A stretch of 64,000 nucleotides of DNA. Origin: a bacterium. GTDB taxonomy: Bacteria; Omnitrophota; Gorgyraeia; Zapsychrales; Zapsychraceae. A program made the position numbers and the translations under genes. The notes under the pieces were generated by a model. It was not told the origin of the DNA and searched no databases. It saw nothing but the letters and a program-made list of their open reading frames with translations. The stretch lies in contig JAUIER010000009.1 in assembly GCA_030429765.1 (NCBI GenBank), forward strand, positions 49,941 to 113,940. Reading direction: 5' to 3'. Below, piece after piece: positions 18,298-28,709 of this stretch (position 1 is its first letter; each line of letters begins with the position of its first letter).

Positions 18298-19310
18298 TCG
18301 TTGTTTTTAAGCCGGATGCAACACCGGATCAGATCAATCAAATCTTAACCAAAGCCGAACAACTTGGTCTCAAGACGAATGTGTCGGAGGGGGTCGAGCG
18401 GACCATTGTCGGATTAATTGGTCCCGAGGAAGTTTTACAGGTCACACCGCTGGAGGTTTTTGAAGGGGTTGAGCGGGTGATACCTGTTTTGGCGCCGTAC
18501 CGCTTGGTATCCCGCGAGTATCAGGCAGATAATTCGATCGTGAGCCTGTCGGATGACGTCAAGATCGGCGGTGAACAACTGCATGTGATGGCTGGGCCGT
18601 GTTCCATTGAGAGTCTTGACGGGATGGATCGAATCGCCAGACAGGCGCGCGAAGGCGGAGCAACGATTCTGCGCGGGGGCGCATTCAAGCCGCGTACGTC
18701 TCCGTATGATTTTCAGGGCATGGGCGAAGAGGGCTTGAAGATTCTCAAGGATGTCGGTGAGAAATATGGTATGGCGACCGTGACGGAGGTGATGGACGCA
18801 CGGGACATTGATTTGATTTGCCGGTACGCGGACATGCTGCAGATCGGCGCGAGAAATATGCAGAATTTCACATTGCTTAAGGAAGTCGGTAAGGCCAAGA
18901 AGCCCGTTTTGCTCAAGCGCGGGATCAGCGCGACGATCAAGGAATGGTTGATGTGCGCCGAGTATATTTTGGCCAATGGAAATTTTAATGTGGTCTTCTG
19001 CGAACGCGGTATTCGAACGTATGAAACAGCTACGCGCAACACGCTGGATATCAACGCGGTAGGCGTGGTCAAACAGCTGTCGCATTTGCCGATCATTGTC
19101 GATCCCAGTCATGCCACGGGACGGTGGGGCTTAGTGGCGCCGGCGGCGCGGGCGGCGGTAGCGGCCGGTTGTGACGGATTGATGATTGAGGTCCATGATA
19201 ATCCCAAAGAGGCATTTTCCGATGGGGGACAATCACTGGTGCCTGAGAAATTCAGTGCTTTAATGCAGGAATTAAGACCGATTGCACAGGCGGTCAACAG
19301 AAAATTATAA
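18294..19310 (+). CDS. aroF: 3-deoxy-7-phosphoheptulonate (DAHP) synthase, type I-beta with N-terminal regulatory (ACT/FL-like) domain
   Basis: The N-terminal regulatory domain reads MIVVFKPDATPDQINQIL. The catalytic domain reads AGPCSIES...FKPRTSPYDFQG (DAHPS/KDO8PS family). The ATG overlaps the hisC stop. Confidence 0.85.
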   Translation: MIVVFKPDATPDQINQILTKAEQLGLKTNVSEGVERTIVGLIGPEEVLQVTPLEVFEGVERVIPVLAPYRLVSREYQADNSIVSLSDDVKIGGEQLHVMAGPCSIESLDGMDRIARQAREGGATILRGGAFKPRTSPYDFQGMGEEGLKILKDVGEKYGMATVTEVMDARDIDLICRYADMLQIGARNMQNFTLLKEVGKAKKPVLLKRGISATIKEWLMCAEYILANGNFNVVFCERGIRTYETATRNTLDINAVGVVKQLSHLPIIVDPSHATGRWGLVAPAARAAVAAGCDGLMIEVHDNPKEAFSDGGQSLVPEKFSALMQELRPIAQAVNRKL

Positions 19311-19331
19311 CTTACAAACAAGCAGGTTGAT

Positions 19332-20219
19332 ATGATAGGGAAATCGAAATTTATCTTTAAGCGGGTCACGATTGTTGGTGTGGGGCTGATGGGCGGATCA
19401 TTGGGATTGGCGCTCAAAAAGAACAATGTAGCCAAGGAAGTAACAGGGTTATCTCACCGGAAGGCCTCATTAGAAAAGGCCAAAGAAATTGGAGCGATCG
19501 ATGTCGGACAGGCGGACGTGAAGAAGGCCGTTGAGAAGGCCGATTTGATCGTGTTGTCGACACCGGTCGATGATATTATCAAGCTTTTAAAAACCATCAG
19601 CCCGTACGTCAAGCGCGGGATGATCGTCACGGACGTTGGAAGTACCAAACAGGAAATTGTCGAGGCAGCCGAAGAAATTTTGCCGTACCCCGGAAACTTT
19701 GTCGGCAGTCATCCGTTGGTCGGTTCAGAGAAAAAAGGCGTTGCCAATGCCAAGGAAGACTTGTTTATCGATTCGCTGTGTGTCATGACACCGACGAATA
19801 AAACCAGTCAGATGAGCAAGGCCAAGGTTCAGCAGATGTGGAAACGTGTGGGAGCGGAGGTCAAGAATCTGAACCCCGCGGACCACGACGACAGTTTGGC
19901 CTATATCAGTCATCTGCCGCACCTGGTGGCTTACGGAGTGATGGAGGCCTTACCTGATAAATATTTGGAGCTGGCGACGCAGGGTTTACGTGACACCACA
20001 CGTATTGCCGCGTCTTCGCCGAAGATGTGGAATGATATTTGCATGTCTAATGTCAAGAATGTGGTCAAATCGTTGGATGAGCTTATTGCATGCATGTCCG
20101 AGTTGAGACTGGCCATTATTAACCGTGACGACAAGGTCCTAACCAAGCACTTTACCGTGGCCAAAGAGAAGCGGGACAAGATCGCCAAGGTTTCACATAA
20201 GGCCGAAGTCACAGAATGA
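19332..20219 (+). CDS. tyrA: Prephenate dehydrogenase
   Basis: A Rossmann motif VTIVGVGLMGGSLGLAL is followed by a PDH C-terminal domain. Confidence 0.8.
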   Translation: MIGKSKFIFKRVTIVGVGLMGGSLGLALKKNNVAKEVTGLSHRKASLEKAKEIGAIDVGQADVKKAVEKADLIVLSTPVDDIIKLLKTISPYVKRGMIVTDVGSTKQEIVEAAEEILPYPGNFVGSHPLVGSEKKGVANAKEDLFIDSLCVMTPTNKTSQMSKAKVQQMWKRVGAEVKNLNPADHDDSLAYISHLPHLVAYGVMEALPDKYLELATQGLRDTTRIAASSPKMWNDICMSNVKNVVKSLDELIACMSELRLAIINRDDKVLTKHFTVAKEKRDKIAKVSHKAEVTE

Positions 20220-20905
20220 CGGTCACCGAAGACCTGTCTCCAGGTAAGACGGTGATTACGATCGATGGCCCGGCGGGGGCAGGTAAAAGCACTGTCGCCA
20301 AACAATTGGCCAATCGATTGGGTTATACATATCTCGACACTGGCGCGATGTATCGCGCGATCACACTCAAAGCCTTATCCGAGTCTGCGGATCTCAATGA
20401 CGAAGAGCAGTTGCAGCGAATTGCGGCTGATTCCACGGTTGATCTTACGTACCAGGACGGCAAGGTCACGGTTAATCTTGATGGGCAGGATGTCAGCGAG
20501 GCCATCCGGGCTCCGGAGGTGACCGGTAACATCCGGACCATTGCGAATGCTGAGGGAGTCCGGAAAATTCTGGTGAACCTGCAGCGACAGTATGCCGCAC
20601 AAAAAGATCTGGTTGTCGAAGGGCGCGATGTGGGCACGGTGGTGTTTCCCTCAGCCCATTACAAATTTTATCTGGATGCCGATGTGCAGGAACGGGCTCG
20701 CCGCCGGCGGGAGGATTTTAAATCCCGCGGTGATCAGGTGAGCGATGATCAATTGAAGCAGGAAATTGAATTACGGGATCAGAATGATATGAATCGAAAA
20801 GTCGGGGCTCTTAAAAAAGCGGACGACGCGATTGTGATCAATTCCACCGGCCTCAGCATTGACGAGGTGGTTGATCGGATGATCGGAATTATCAAGCATG
20901 GATAA
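20216..20905 (+). CDS. cmk: Cytidylate kinase
   Basis: P-loop ITIDGPAGAGKST and LDTGAMYRA. Confidence 0.9.
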   Translation: MTVTEDLSPGKTVITIDGPAGAGKSTVAKQLANRLGYTYLDTGAMYRAITLKALSESADLNDEEQLQRIAADSTVDLTYQDGKVTVNLDGQDVSEAIRAPEVTGNIRTIANAEGVRKILVNLQRQYAAQKDLVVEGRDVGTVVFPSAHYKFYLDADVQERARRRREDFKSRGDQVSDDQLKQEIELRDQNDMNRKVGALKKADDAIVINSTGLSIDEVVDRMIGIIKHG

Positions 20906-22688
20906 ATCACGCATACGAAATTTTTCAATCATTGCGCACATCGACCATGGAAAGTCGACATTGGCCGACCGGTTGCTGTTGACCACGGGAGCGATTGATG
21001 AACGCAAGTTCAAGAATCAGTTGCTCGATGACATGGATCTGGAACGTGAGCGAGGGATTACAATTAAAGCCTCAGCGGTACGGATTAAATACAAGGCGCA
21101 GGACGGAGAGGACTATGTGTTCAATCTGATCGACACCCCCGGACACGTGGATTTTTCGTATGAAGTCGAGAAGTCATTACGCGCCTGCGAAGGTGCGTTG
21201 CTGGTGAGCGACGCGTCGCAAGGGGTCGAATCTCAGACCGTCGCGAACTTTTATTTAGCCATCGAAAACAATCTGGAGATTCTGCCGGTCATTAACAAGA
21301 TCGATATTGCCAATATCGATCTGGATTATGCCAAGCTGCAGTTGATGGAGGTCTTTAATTTTGATGACAAGGATATCGTGTGTGTCTCTGCGAAAGAAGG
21401 TACGGGGATTATTGAGCTGTTCGAAAAAATCATCAAGTTTATTCCGCCACCCGACGGCAAGGACGACGATCCGCTCGAGGCCCTGATCTTCGACATGAAG
21501 TATGACATCTACAAGGGGATCATCATCTATGTGCGTTTGTATAATGGCGTGCTGAAACCGGGTATGAAGATCCGGATGATGAATATGGACAAGCAGCTCA
21601 CGGTTGAGGAATTAGGCGTGTTTGTGCCCGAGATCACCAAGACCAACGATTTGTTGGCCGGTGAGGTAGGATACATCACCTGTAACATCCATGATCCTAG
21701 CGAAGTTCGGGTGGGCGATACAATTACGGATCCCAAAAATCCGGTGGCCCAGCCGCTGGAGGGATATCGAACGTTGAATCCGCTGGTGTTCTGTGGAGTG
21801 TATCCCGTTAACTCCAAGGACTTTATGGGTCTCAGAGAGGCCATCAGCAAATTGCGTTTGAATGATCCGAGTTTTGTGTATGAGCCGGAGTCGTCGCAGT
21901 CCTTCGGTCATGGTTTTCGATGCGGTTTTCTGGGCCTGCTGCATATGGAGATTGTCCAGGAACGGCTGCAGCGGGAGTACGGTCTAAACTTGATTTTGAC
22001 GACGCCTAACGTGAAGTATCAAATTCGACATAAGGACGGCAAGCTGACCTATCTGGAAAGTCCCAACGAACTACCCGACGCGGGATCCTATGAATCGATT
22101 GAAGAGCCGACATTGACGGTGACGATCATGACGCCGGTGAGCCATATGGACGGGGTCATGGAATTATCCAAGCAGAAGCGGGGAACGTTTGTCAGCAGCG
22201 AATATGTGTCCGACCGCATGCGGATTGTCTTTGATATTCCGTTGTCGGAGGTCATTGTGGATTTCAATGATAAGATCAAATCCATCACCCGGGGCTATGG
22301 ATCGATCGATTATAAATTTAAAGGATATGTGCCGACAAAGGTTTCAAAACTTGATATATTAATTAACGATAAGATTTGCGATGCGTTTTCATTTTTGGTT
22401 CACAAAGAGCGGGCCTATGAAAAGGGGCTCGGGCTGGTGACCAAGCTCAAGGAGCTGATCCCGCAGCAGCTTTTTGAAGTGCGGGTGCAGGCGACATGCG
22501 ACGGACGAATTATTTCGAGTGCCCGGGTCAAGTCGGCCGGCAAGAACGTCACGGCCAAGTGTTACGGCGGGGATATTACCCGTAAGCGCAAGTTGTGGGA
22601 GAAGCAGAAAGAGGGTAAGAAAAAGCTCAAGCAAATCGGAAATGTCGAGCTGCCGCAGGAGGCGTTTACCGCGGCGCTCAAACTCTAG
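20898..22688 (+). CDS. lepA: Elongation factor 4 (LepA)
   Basis: The G-domain reads IAHIDHGKSTLADRLL and DTPGHVDF, with the LepA C-terminal domain. Confidence 0.95.
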   Translation: MDKSRIRNFSIIAHIDHGKSTLADRLLLTTGAIDERKFKNQLLDDMDLERERGITIKASAVRIKYKAQDGEDYVFNLIDTPGHVDFSYEVEKSLRACEGALLVSDASQGVESQTVANFYLAIENNLEILPVINKIDIANIDLDYAKLQLMEVFNFDDKDIVCVSAKEGTGIIELFEKIIKFIPPPDGKDDDPLEALIFDMKYDIYKGIIIYVRLYNGVLKPGMKIRMMNMDKQLTVEELGVFVPEITKTNDLLAGEVGYITCNIHDPSEVRVGDTITDPKNPVAQPLEGYRTLNPLVFCGVYPVNSKDFMGLREAISKLRLNDPSFVYEPESSQSFGHGFRCGFLGLLHMEIVQERLQREYGLNLILTTPNVKYQIRHKDGKLTYLESPNELPDAGSYESIEEPTLTVTIMTPVSHMDGVMELSKQKRGTFVSSEYVSDRMRIVFDIPLSEVIVDFNDKIKSITRGYGSIDYKFKGYVPTKVSKLDILINDKICDAFSFLVHKERAYEKGLGLVTKLKELIPQQLFEVRVQATCDGRIISSARVKSAGKNVTAKCYGGDITRKRKLWEKQKEGKKKLKQIGNVELPQEAFTAALKL

Positions 22689-22697
22689 CAGGCCAAC

Positions 22698-23279
22698 ATG
22701 TCAAATATCTGGGCTAAAAATTCAACCGTCCGAGAATGGGTCGAGTCGATCGTCATTGCCTTTATCCTGGCGATGCTGATCCGCACGTTTTTTATTCAAG
22801 CCTTCAAAATTCCCAGTGGTTCCATGCGGTTGACGTTGATCGAGGGTGACCGGTTGATGGTCAATAAATTACGCTACGGTCCGAAGGTCCCGTTCTCAAC
22901 CAAGCGCATGCCCGGCATTTCAGAACCGCAACGCGGTGACATTATCGTCTTTGAATATCCCAAAGATCCGGATCGTGATTTTATTAAGCGGCTGGTGGCC
23001 CTCGGAGGCGAGACTATTGAAATCAAGAACGGTGATATCTATATCGACGAAGAGTTGGTCACCGAACCGCGGATCAAGAATGTCTATCACTATAACAAAG
23101 GGCCTTATGGGCAGGAAGGCCAGCCGTATGTGGTGCCCGAGGGGTACGTATTTGTGCTGGGCGACAACAGTTCTTCCAGTCATGACAGCCGATTCTGGGG
23201 CGTTGTCCCGGTCGAAAATATTATTGGACGGGCGGAAGTGATTTATTGGCCGTTTAACCGGATCAGGATTTTGGACTAA
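22698..23279 (+). CDS. lepB: Signal peptidase I
   Basis: GSMRLTL (Ser box), KRLVALGGE, and GDNSSSSHDSRFWG are present. Confidence 0.85.
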   Translation: MSNIWAKNSTVREWVESIVIAFILAMLIRTFFIQAFKIPSGSMRLTLIEGDRLMVNKLRYGPKVPFSTKRMPGISEPQRGDIIVFEYPKDPDRDFIKRLVALGGETIEIKNGDIYIDEELVTEPRIKNVYHYNKGPYGQEGQPYVVPEGYVFVLGDNSSSSHDSRFWGVVPVENIIGRAEVIYWPFNRIRILD

Positions 23280-23629
23280 TGAAAACGCTCAGATTTATTA
23301 TTTGTGTATGTACGGTTGTCAGTCTATCGGCTTGTGGAACGATCCAGAAGAAAAAGAATCAGATTGAGTATCTCAAGGAAAGTCAGGAGGCCCTTGGAAC
23401 GATTGCCGAGGCGGTCACCGGAATGCCGCTGACGGAAGAAGAGAAGAAGGCCCTGGAAAAACAGTTGCGTAGTGATCCTGAGGCCCAAGCCGCGGTCGAG
23501 TCGATTGCCAATTCACTCTCCGAACCGGTTCGGATGAAGTATTCTCCGGTGACAGGAAAGCGCTACGCACCGCATTTAGATTATGATCCAGAGACCGGAG
23601 CCCAACTGCTCTGGCTGGATGACGAATAA
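23279..23629 (+). CDS. Small lipoprotein, hypothetical
   Basis: A signal peptide with lipobox LSAC. Confidence 0.5.
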   Translation: MKTLRFIICVCTVVSLSACGTIQKKKNQIEYLKESQEALGTIAEAVTGMPLTEEEKKALEKQLRSDPEAQAAVESIANSLSEPVRMKYSPVTGKRYAPHLDYDPETGAQLLWLDDE

Positions 23630-23641
23630 TCCCCGTCTATT

Positions 23642-24268
23642 ATGATTATTTTGGCTGTCGGAATCATCATCAGTTATCTCGTCGGATCCATCCCTACCGC
23701 TTATATTTTCGGAAAATTACTCAAAGGCATTGACATTCGACGGCATGGCTCCGGAAATGTTGGAGCAACCAATGTGTTCAGGGTCCTCGGGAAAGTCCCC
23801 GGGATCATCGTGTTAGCCCTGGATATCTACAAGGGTTTTTGGGTTGTCGGTATCGTCTCGGAAGTGTTGGGACTGATCCTCCCGTGGGAGCGCGTGGTGC
23901 TGTGTGTGGCCGTGGTTCTCGGCCATAATTACACTTTATTTCTTGGATTCAAGGGGGGTAAGGGGGTGGCCACGAGTCTGGGGGCGCTGATCGGGCTGAC
24001 CTTGCGGATACCCTCGATTCTACCCGTATTACTGTTGACGTTAGGGGCCTTCCTGGTGGTCTTTGTGACGTCACGTATTGTATCGTTATCTTCAATAGTG
24101 GCGGCGATTTGTCTGCCGATTCTGATGTGGCTGACACCGCAACCGCTTGAAATCCGTCTACTAGGACTGGTATTCGGCCTTTTCGTGGTGTATCGTCATC
24201 GTCCCAATATCCAGCGGTTACGGGCCGGGGAAGAGCCCCGGGTGCCGCTGTTCGGGAAGAAAAAATAA
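23642..24268 (+). CDS. plsY: Glycerol-3-phosphate acyltransferase PlsY
   Basis: HGSGNVGATNVFRVLG and FKGGKGVAT. Confidence 0.9.
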   Translation: MIILAVGIIISYLVGSIPTAYIFGKLLKGIDIRRHGSGNVGATNVFRVLGKVPGIIVLALDIYKGFWVVGIVSEVLGLILPWERVVLCVAVVLGHNYTLFLGFKGGKGVATSLGALIGLTLRIPSILPVLLLTLGAFLVVFVTSRIVSLSSIVAAICLPILMWLTPQPLEIRLLGLVFGLFVVYRHRPNIQRLRAGEEPRVPLFGKKK

Positions 24269-24497
24269 CGTAAGTATATGGAAATAATATATTTACAGAA
24301 TATTATCTGCTAAATTCCCTCCAATTAAGATATCGCCACCATCCATATGAATTAAAAGTTTTTTCAGGTATCACCTCAAAGCTGTATCCAATCCTCGTCG
24401 AGAGTGGAAGCAGAAAACGTTTTCCCGTATTTGGGGCTGTCGTCTTGTGAAGCCCCCCGTGGGTGTTATACTTTCATTGTCCCGGGTTAATTAGGAT

Positions 24498-24878
24498 TTG
24501 GGTCAAGAGAAGGATACCTCGATGAAAACAATGGTCTTCAGACGCAACAAGGATGTCAATCGCGGGACAAAGTTTTTACAGATTTGCTCCCGATACCAAG
24601 ATAAAGAATGCAGCACGATCGTCCGTAAAGGATTTCTGTACAAAGTCAAACGGGCGCCGAATTTGGAGCCCAAGATCGAATCTCCCCAGGTGTATATCCG
24701 AAAATATATCGACACGCGGGCTGGCATTGAGAAATTCAGCTTCAGGGTCAAAGGCACCTTCTATATGACTCACGAGCGGGTGCTGATGCAGGTGGATTTT
24801 CATCATTCGCTGCATATCAAAATCATCTGGAAGAACAAAAAGAACTTCTCCCCCAAAAAGTCAGAGAGTCTGACTTAA
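24498..24878 (+). CDS. Hypothetical protein
   Basis: A stand-alone ORF preceded by a 230-nt AT-rich intergenic region and followed by a strong terminator. Confidence 0.35.
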   Translation: MGQEKDTSMKTMVFRRNKDVNRGTKFLQICSRYQDKECSTIVRKGFLYKVKRAPNLEPKIESPQVYIRKYIDTRAGIEKFSFRVKGTFYMTHERVLMQVDFHHSLHIKIIWKNKKNFSPKKSESLT

Positions 24879-24900
24879 TCGCCTGTATAAGGCATTAATA

Positions 24901-24931
24901 GCGGAAGGATTTTTCCTTCCGCTATTTTTTT
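24901..24931 (+). terminator. Rho-independent terminator
   Basis: Hairpin GCGGAAGG-ATTTTT-CCTTCCGC followed by TATTTTTTT. Confidence 0.65.
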
Positions 24932-24991
24932 GTTCCTGGTCGGAAAATCGTAAAAGCAGTCATGAAAGTTCTTGCTTATCGGGGGTAATTT

Positions 24992-25780
24992 TTGATAAAC
25001 TACCCTCAGTCAATTATTACTCTTTTACTTTTCCGTTTGATGCAAAAATTCCTTTCAATTATCTTTATCCTATTCCTGACAACAGGATGTGCCACCTTGA
25101 GATCCGAAACTCCCGCTCCGATGGTATCTGATGAAATTATCATTGATGAGACGGTCGCGGTGCAGGAAGCGCTGGAGAATATTCCAGCACCTGAAACCGC
25201 TATCGAGATGGATCCTGTCGAGGCGCCCGTGGAGATTGAGATGCCTCAGGAAGTCGTCGAGCCCACTGGTGAACCTGATATCGAACCGCCGGAGTTGATG
25301 GGATTTGTTTTTGCCAAGACAATTTTTGAAGGGGTTCTAAAAACCAATTATGTCCGACTGAAATTTGTCAATGCCGACCATCCGGAACGGACATATGAAC
25401 TGCATATCGGTGAGAAGGAACCGCAGCTGCCATTTGCGTTCAACGTGAAGACGGTGAACCCGGGATACTTCTATATTGAATTGCCGGCGGGCAAATACCA
25501 GATTACGTCAGTGTCGATTCCGGTCGGTTCCGCGACCGCCACGGAGGATATTAATATTTCGTTTGAAGTTTTACCGGAGCAGATCAACTATTTGGGGACG
25601 CTTTCGCTGGTCGGGACCAAGGAGCGTATCAAATTGGGCGGTGTCCCAGTCATCCGTCCGGGTTTTGAGTATGAGGCGGCCGTTCTCAATGAGTTCGACG
25701 AAGGGGTCGCATCTTTCCAACAGCGTTTTCCCAACCTGCAAGGTACGGTTTCCAATCAACTGATGTCTCTCAATCAGTAG
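24992..25780 (+). CDS. Lipoprotein, hypothetical (acidic/Pro-rich linker then beta-rich domain)
   Basis: A signal peptide with lipobox LTTGC. Confidence 0.5.
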   Translation: MINYPQSIITLLLFRLMQKFLSIIFILFLTTGCATLRSETPAPMVSDEIIIDETVAVQEALENIPAPETAIEMDPVEAPVEIEMPQEVVEPTGEPDIEPPELMGFVFAKTIFEGVLKTNYVRLKFVNADHPERTYELHIGEKEPQLPFAFNVKTVNPGYFYIELPAGKYQITSVSIPVGSATATEDINISFEVLPEQINYLGTLSLVGTKERIKLGGVPVIRPGFEYEAAVLNEFDEGVASFQQRFPNLQGTVSNQLMSLNQ

Positions 25781-25791
25781 TCGAAGATTCC

Positions 25792-27906
25792 ATGAAAAAT
25801 TATTCATCTCGCAGTCTCATGATTGGCTTGGCTCTGGTCTTTGGATTGTTTACGCAAGCTGTCCAGGCCCAAACCACCCCGGTGACCAAGGCTCACACCC
25901 AGGTCGAACTGGTCAGCCAATATTTGACGATCGTTGAAGGACGATCGTTCTACATAGGTCTGCGTCTGACCATGGAACCTGAATGGCATGTGTACTGGCG
26001 CAACCCCGGTGACTCGGGATTGCCACCCAAGATCAAGTGGGATCTGCCGCCGGGATACCGGGCCGACCCGATTACGTGGCCCCGGCCGGAGCGTATTGAC
26101 GCGCCGCCATTGGTTTCGTACGGCTATGAGGGGGATGTTTTTTTTCCAGTCAAGATCAGCGCGCCCGGTGACATCAAGAATCGGGCCAGCATCGACGTAC
26201 AGGCCAAGGTGAGTTGGTTGGCCTGCAAGGTCGAGTGTATTCCAGGTGTGGCGAACTTCAGTTTTTCCATTCCTGTTGTCAAAGAAAATGACAAACTCAA
26301 TCCAAAGTTCCGGGAACTCTACAAGGCGATTCGATTCAAACTTCCCGCCAAGGACATTCATGGCAAATATTCGGTATGGCAGACCGAAGACTCATTCATT
26401 ATTCGATATTTGCCGACGGATCTAATTGAAGGGATTCAGCAGGGCTACTTCTTTCCATATGATTCCAATGTGATTCAGGATGTTGAGCCGCAGAAATTCC
26501 GGGCCATTCCAGGTGGGTACGAGTTCGAAGTTCGTCAGTCGGAATTTTACCAGGAGCAGGATACCTATCGTCTCAAGGGAATTTTGACTTTTGACAAAAA
26601 AGGGTACGAAGAGATTCAGCCTATTGAAATTGATGTGCCGATTCAGGCCCGGCCGGCAGCCGTGAGCGGCAGCGTCGAGGAGATTCAGGGCTTTCAGAGC
26701 TTCTTCCTGGCCTTGGTGTTCGCGTTTTTGGGCGGGTTGATCCTCAATCTGATGCCATGTGTTTTGCCGGTGTTATCCATCAAGATTTTAAGTCTGGTAG
26801 AAAAATCACAGAAAGACAGTCGGGGATTGTTCGGGAGCGGGCTGCAGTTCACGGCGGGAATAATTGTCAGTTTTTGGGTATTGGCCGGAGCTATGCTGAT
26901 TCTCCGTCACGCGGGCAACCAGATCGGTTGGGGATTTCAGTTTCAGAGTCCGGCCTTTGTGGTCTCGATGGCGATTCTCTTTTTCATGTTGGCCCTGAAC
27001 CTGTTCGGTATGTTTGAGATCGGCGTCGGATTGACCCGGGTGAAATCCAGCGAGCATTCTTTTATGAATGGTGTGTTGGCGACTATTGTAGCGACGCCTT
27101 GTACCGCGCCGTTTATGGGATCCGCCTTGGGCTATACGTTGACGCAGCCGGCCTGGAATACATTTATGGTCTACACCGCGTTGGGCTTTGGGATGGCGTT
27201 TCCGTACTTACTGCTGACACGATATCCCGGTTTTCTTAAATTTGTCCCTAAACCCGGGGCCTGGATGAACACGATGAAGCAGTTTTTCGGATTCGTTCTC
27301 GCGGGGGTCGTGATCTGGCTGATGTGGGTCCTGTCGCTGCAGAAGAGTGAAGGGGCGGTTATCACCTTGGGCATTGGACTATTTTTCGTCGGATTCGGAT
27401 TTTGGGTCAATCGGATCCGAAAGCGCCGGGATATCGTACTTGCGGTCGCGGTCTTATGTTGGATTATCGGCGGAATTTTTGCCTACCAGGCCGTTCAGTT
27501 TCCCGCCCCGACGATCAGTGTCGCGTCTGATTCAGACAACAAATCTGCGGGTATTTCATGGGAGGCTTACACCCCGGAGCTGCTCGAGGGTTATATGTCC
27601 TCCGAGCGTCCGATTTTTCTTGACTTCACGGCAGCCTGGTGTTTATCATGTCAGGTGAACGACCGCGTTGTCTTCGGGCATCCCAAGGTCATTCAGAAGT
27701 TCAGGCAGCTGGACGTGGTCCCGATCAAGGCCGATTGGACCAATCATGATCCTCAAATCACCAAGGCCATCAATCAGTACGGCAAAAACAGCATCCCTTT
27801 ATACGTGCTTTATCCGCGTGACAAACGAAAGGATCCGGTCATTCTTCCGGAGCTGATCACGCCCGGGCTCGTGACCGATACGCTGACAGAATATGCCGGC
27901 GAGTAA
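25792..27906 (+). CDS. dsbD: Thiol:disulfide interchange protein DsbD (periplasmic N-domain, CcdA-like TM core, C-terminal thioredoxin)
   Basis: It has a signal peptide, a TM-core Cys (MPCVLPVLSI) and the thioredoxin motif AAWCLSCQ. Confidence 0.85.
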   Translation: MKNYSSRSLMIGLALVFGLFTQAVQAQTTPVTKAHTQVELVSQYLTIVEGRSFYIGLRLTMEPEWHVYWRNPGDSGLPPKIKWDLPPGYRADPITWPRPERIDAPPLVSYGYEGDVFFPVKISAPGDIKNRASIDVQAKVSWLACKVECIPGVANFSFSIPVVKENDKLNPKFRELYKAIRFKLPAKDIHGKYSVWQTEDSFIIRYLPTDLIEGIQQGYFFPYDSNVIQDVEPQKFRAIPGGYEFEVRQSEFYQEQDTYRLKGILTFDKKGYEEIQPIEIDVPIQARPAAVSGSVEEIQGFQSFFLALVFAFLGGLILNLMPCVLPVLSIKILSLVEKSQKDSRGLFGSGLQFTAGIIVSFWVLAGAMLILRHAGNQIGWGFQFQSPAFVVSMAILFFMLALNLFGMFEIGVGLTRVKSSEHSFMNGVLATIVATPCTAPFMGSALGYTLTQPAWNTFMVYTALGFGMAFPYLLLTRYPGFLKFVPKPGAWMNTMKQFFGFVLAGVVIWLMWVLSLQKSEGAVITLGIGLFFVGFGFWVNRIRKRRDIVLAVAVLCWIIGGIFAYQAVQFPAPTISVASDSDNKSAGISWEAYTPELLEGYMSSERPIFLDFTAAWCLSCQVNDRVVFGHPKVIQKFRQLDVVPIKADWTNHDPQITKAINQYGKNSIPLYVLYPRDKRKDPVILPELITPGLVTDTLTEYAGE

Positions 27907-27966
27907 TTTTGTTATCAATACAGTCAGCCAAATTTATACAATCGAACAAATTAGAGGAGGTCTCAC

Positions 27967-28578
27967 GTGAAAAAGTTTAAGACGGTTTTAAGCATGGCCG
28001 CAGCCATTATGATCGCCATGAGCGGGGCGGCGTACGCGGCGGTGACGAACAACAGTCCGGCGCCGGACTTTACGCTCACAGACTCAAACGGCAATTCACA
28101 TTCGCTGTCTGACTTTGCGGGAAAATATGTGGTGCTCGAATGGGTCAACTATGACTGTCCGTTTGTCAAAAAGTTCTACCGTTTTGGAGATATGCAGGGA
28201 TTGCAGGAAGACTTAACCGGACAGGATGTGATCTGGCTGTCGATCAATTCGTCAGCGACCGGTAAGCAAGGAGCGTACGGGCCGGATGAAGTCAATCAAA
28301 TTATGGCCAACAGCGAGGCCCAACCCACGGCGTATCTTTTCGATACCGACGGGACGGTGGGCCGTCTGTACGGCGCCAAAACGACACCTCACATGTATGT
28401 CATCAACCCGGACGGTGATTTGATCTATCAGGGTGCCATCGACAGCATTGCGAGTGTGGATTCGTCGGACATCGCTGAGGCGGACAACTACGTCCTTCAG
28501 GCTTTAAGCCAGGCATCAGCCGGTGATGCTATTACAGATCCCGTCACCAAACCCTACGGCTGTTCTGTAAAATACTAA
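27967..28578 (+). CDS. Secreted thioredoxin-fold (redoxin/peroxiredoxin-like) protein
   Basis: It has a signal peptide and FAGKYVVLEWVNYDCPFVKKFY with a single active-site Cys. Confidence 0.55.
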   Translation: MKKFKTVLSMAAAIMIAMSGAAYAAVTNNSPAPDFTLTDSNGNSHSLSDFAGKYVVLEWVNYDCPFVKKFYRFGDMQGLQEDLTGQDVIWLSINSSATGKQGAYGPDEVNQIMANSEAQPTAYLFDTDGTVGRLYGAKTTPHMYVINPDGDLIYQGAIDSIASVDSSDIAEADNYVLQALSQASAGDAITDPVTKPYGCSVKY

Positions 28579-28602
28579 TCCTAAATACTGAAATTTCATC
28601 CA

Positions 28603-28629
28603 TTGACGCCGACCTTCCTGTGCTAGAAT
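28603..28629 (+). promoter_or_regulatory. Putative sigma70 promoter (TTGACG-15/16-TAGAAT) upstream of the GH15 gene
   Basis: TTGACG at 28603-28608 and TAGAAT at 28624-28629. Confidence 0.35.
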
Positions 28630-28709
28630 GGCCCGTGACAGCGGGTTCACGTCGGGCATAGCATGGATCGGCGTCAGTTTCAAATCTCGACTATCGACAG
28701 GAATAATCC

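Noticed and set aside
18435-19112. 225-aa minus-strand ORF
   Set aside because: It is antisense to the DAHP synthase gene.
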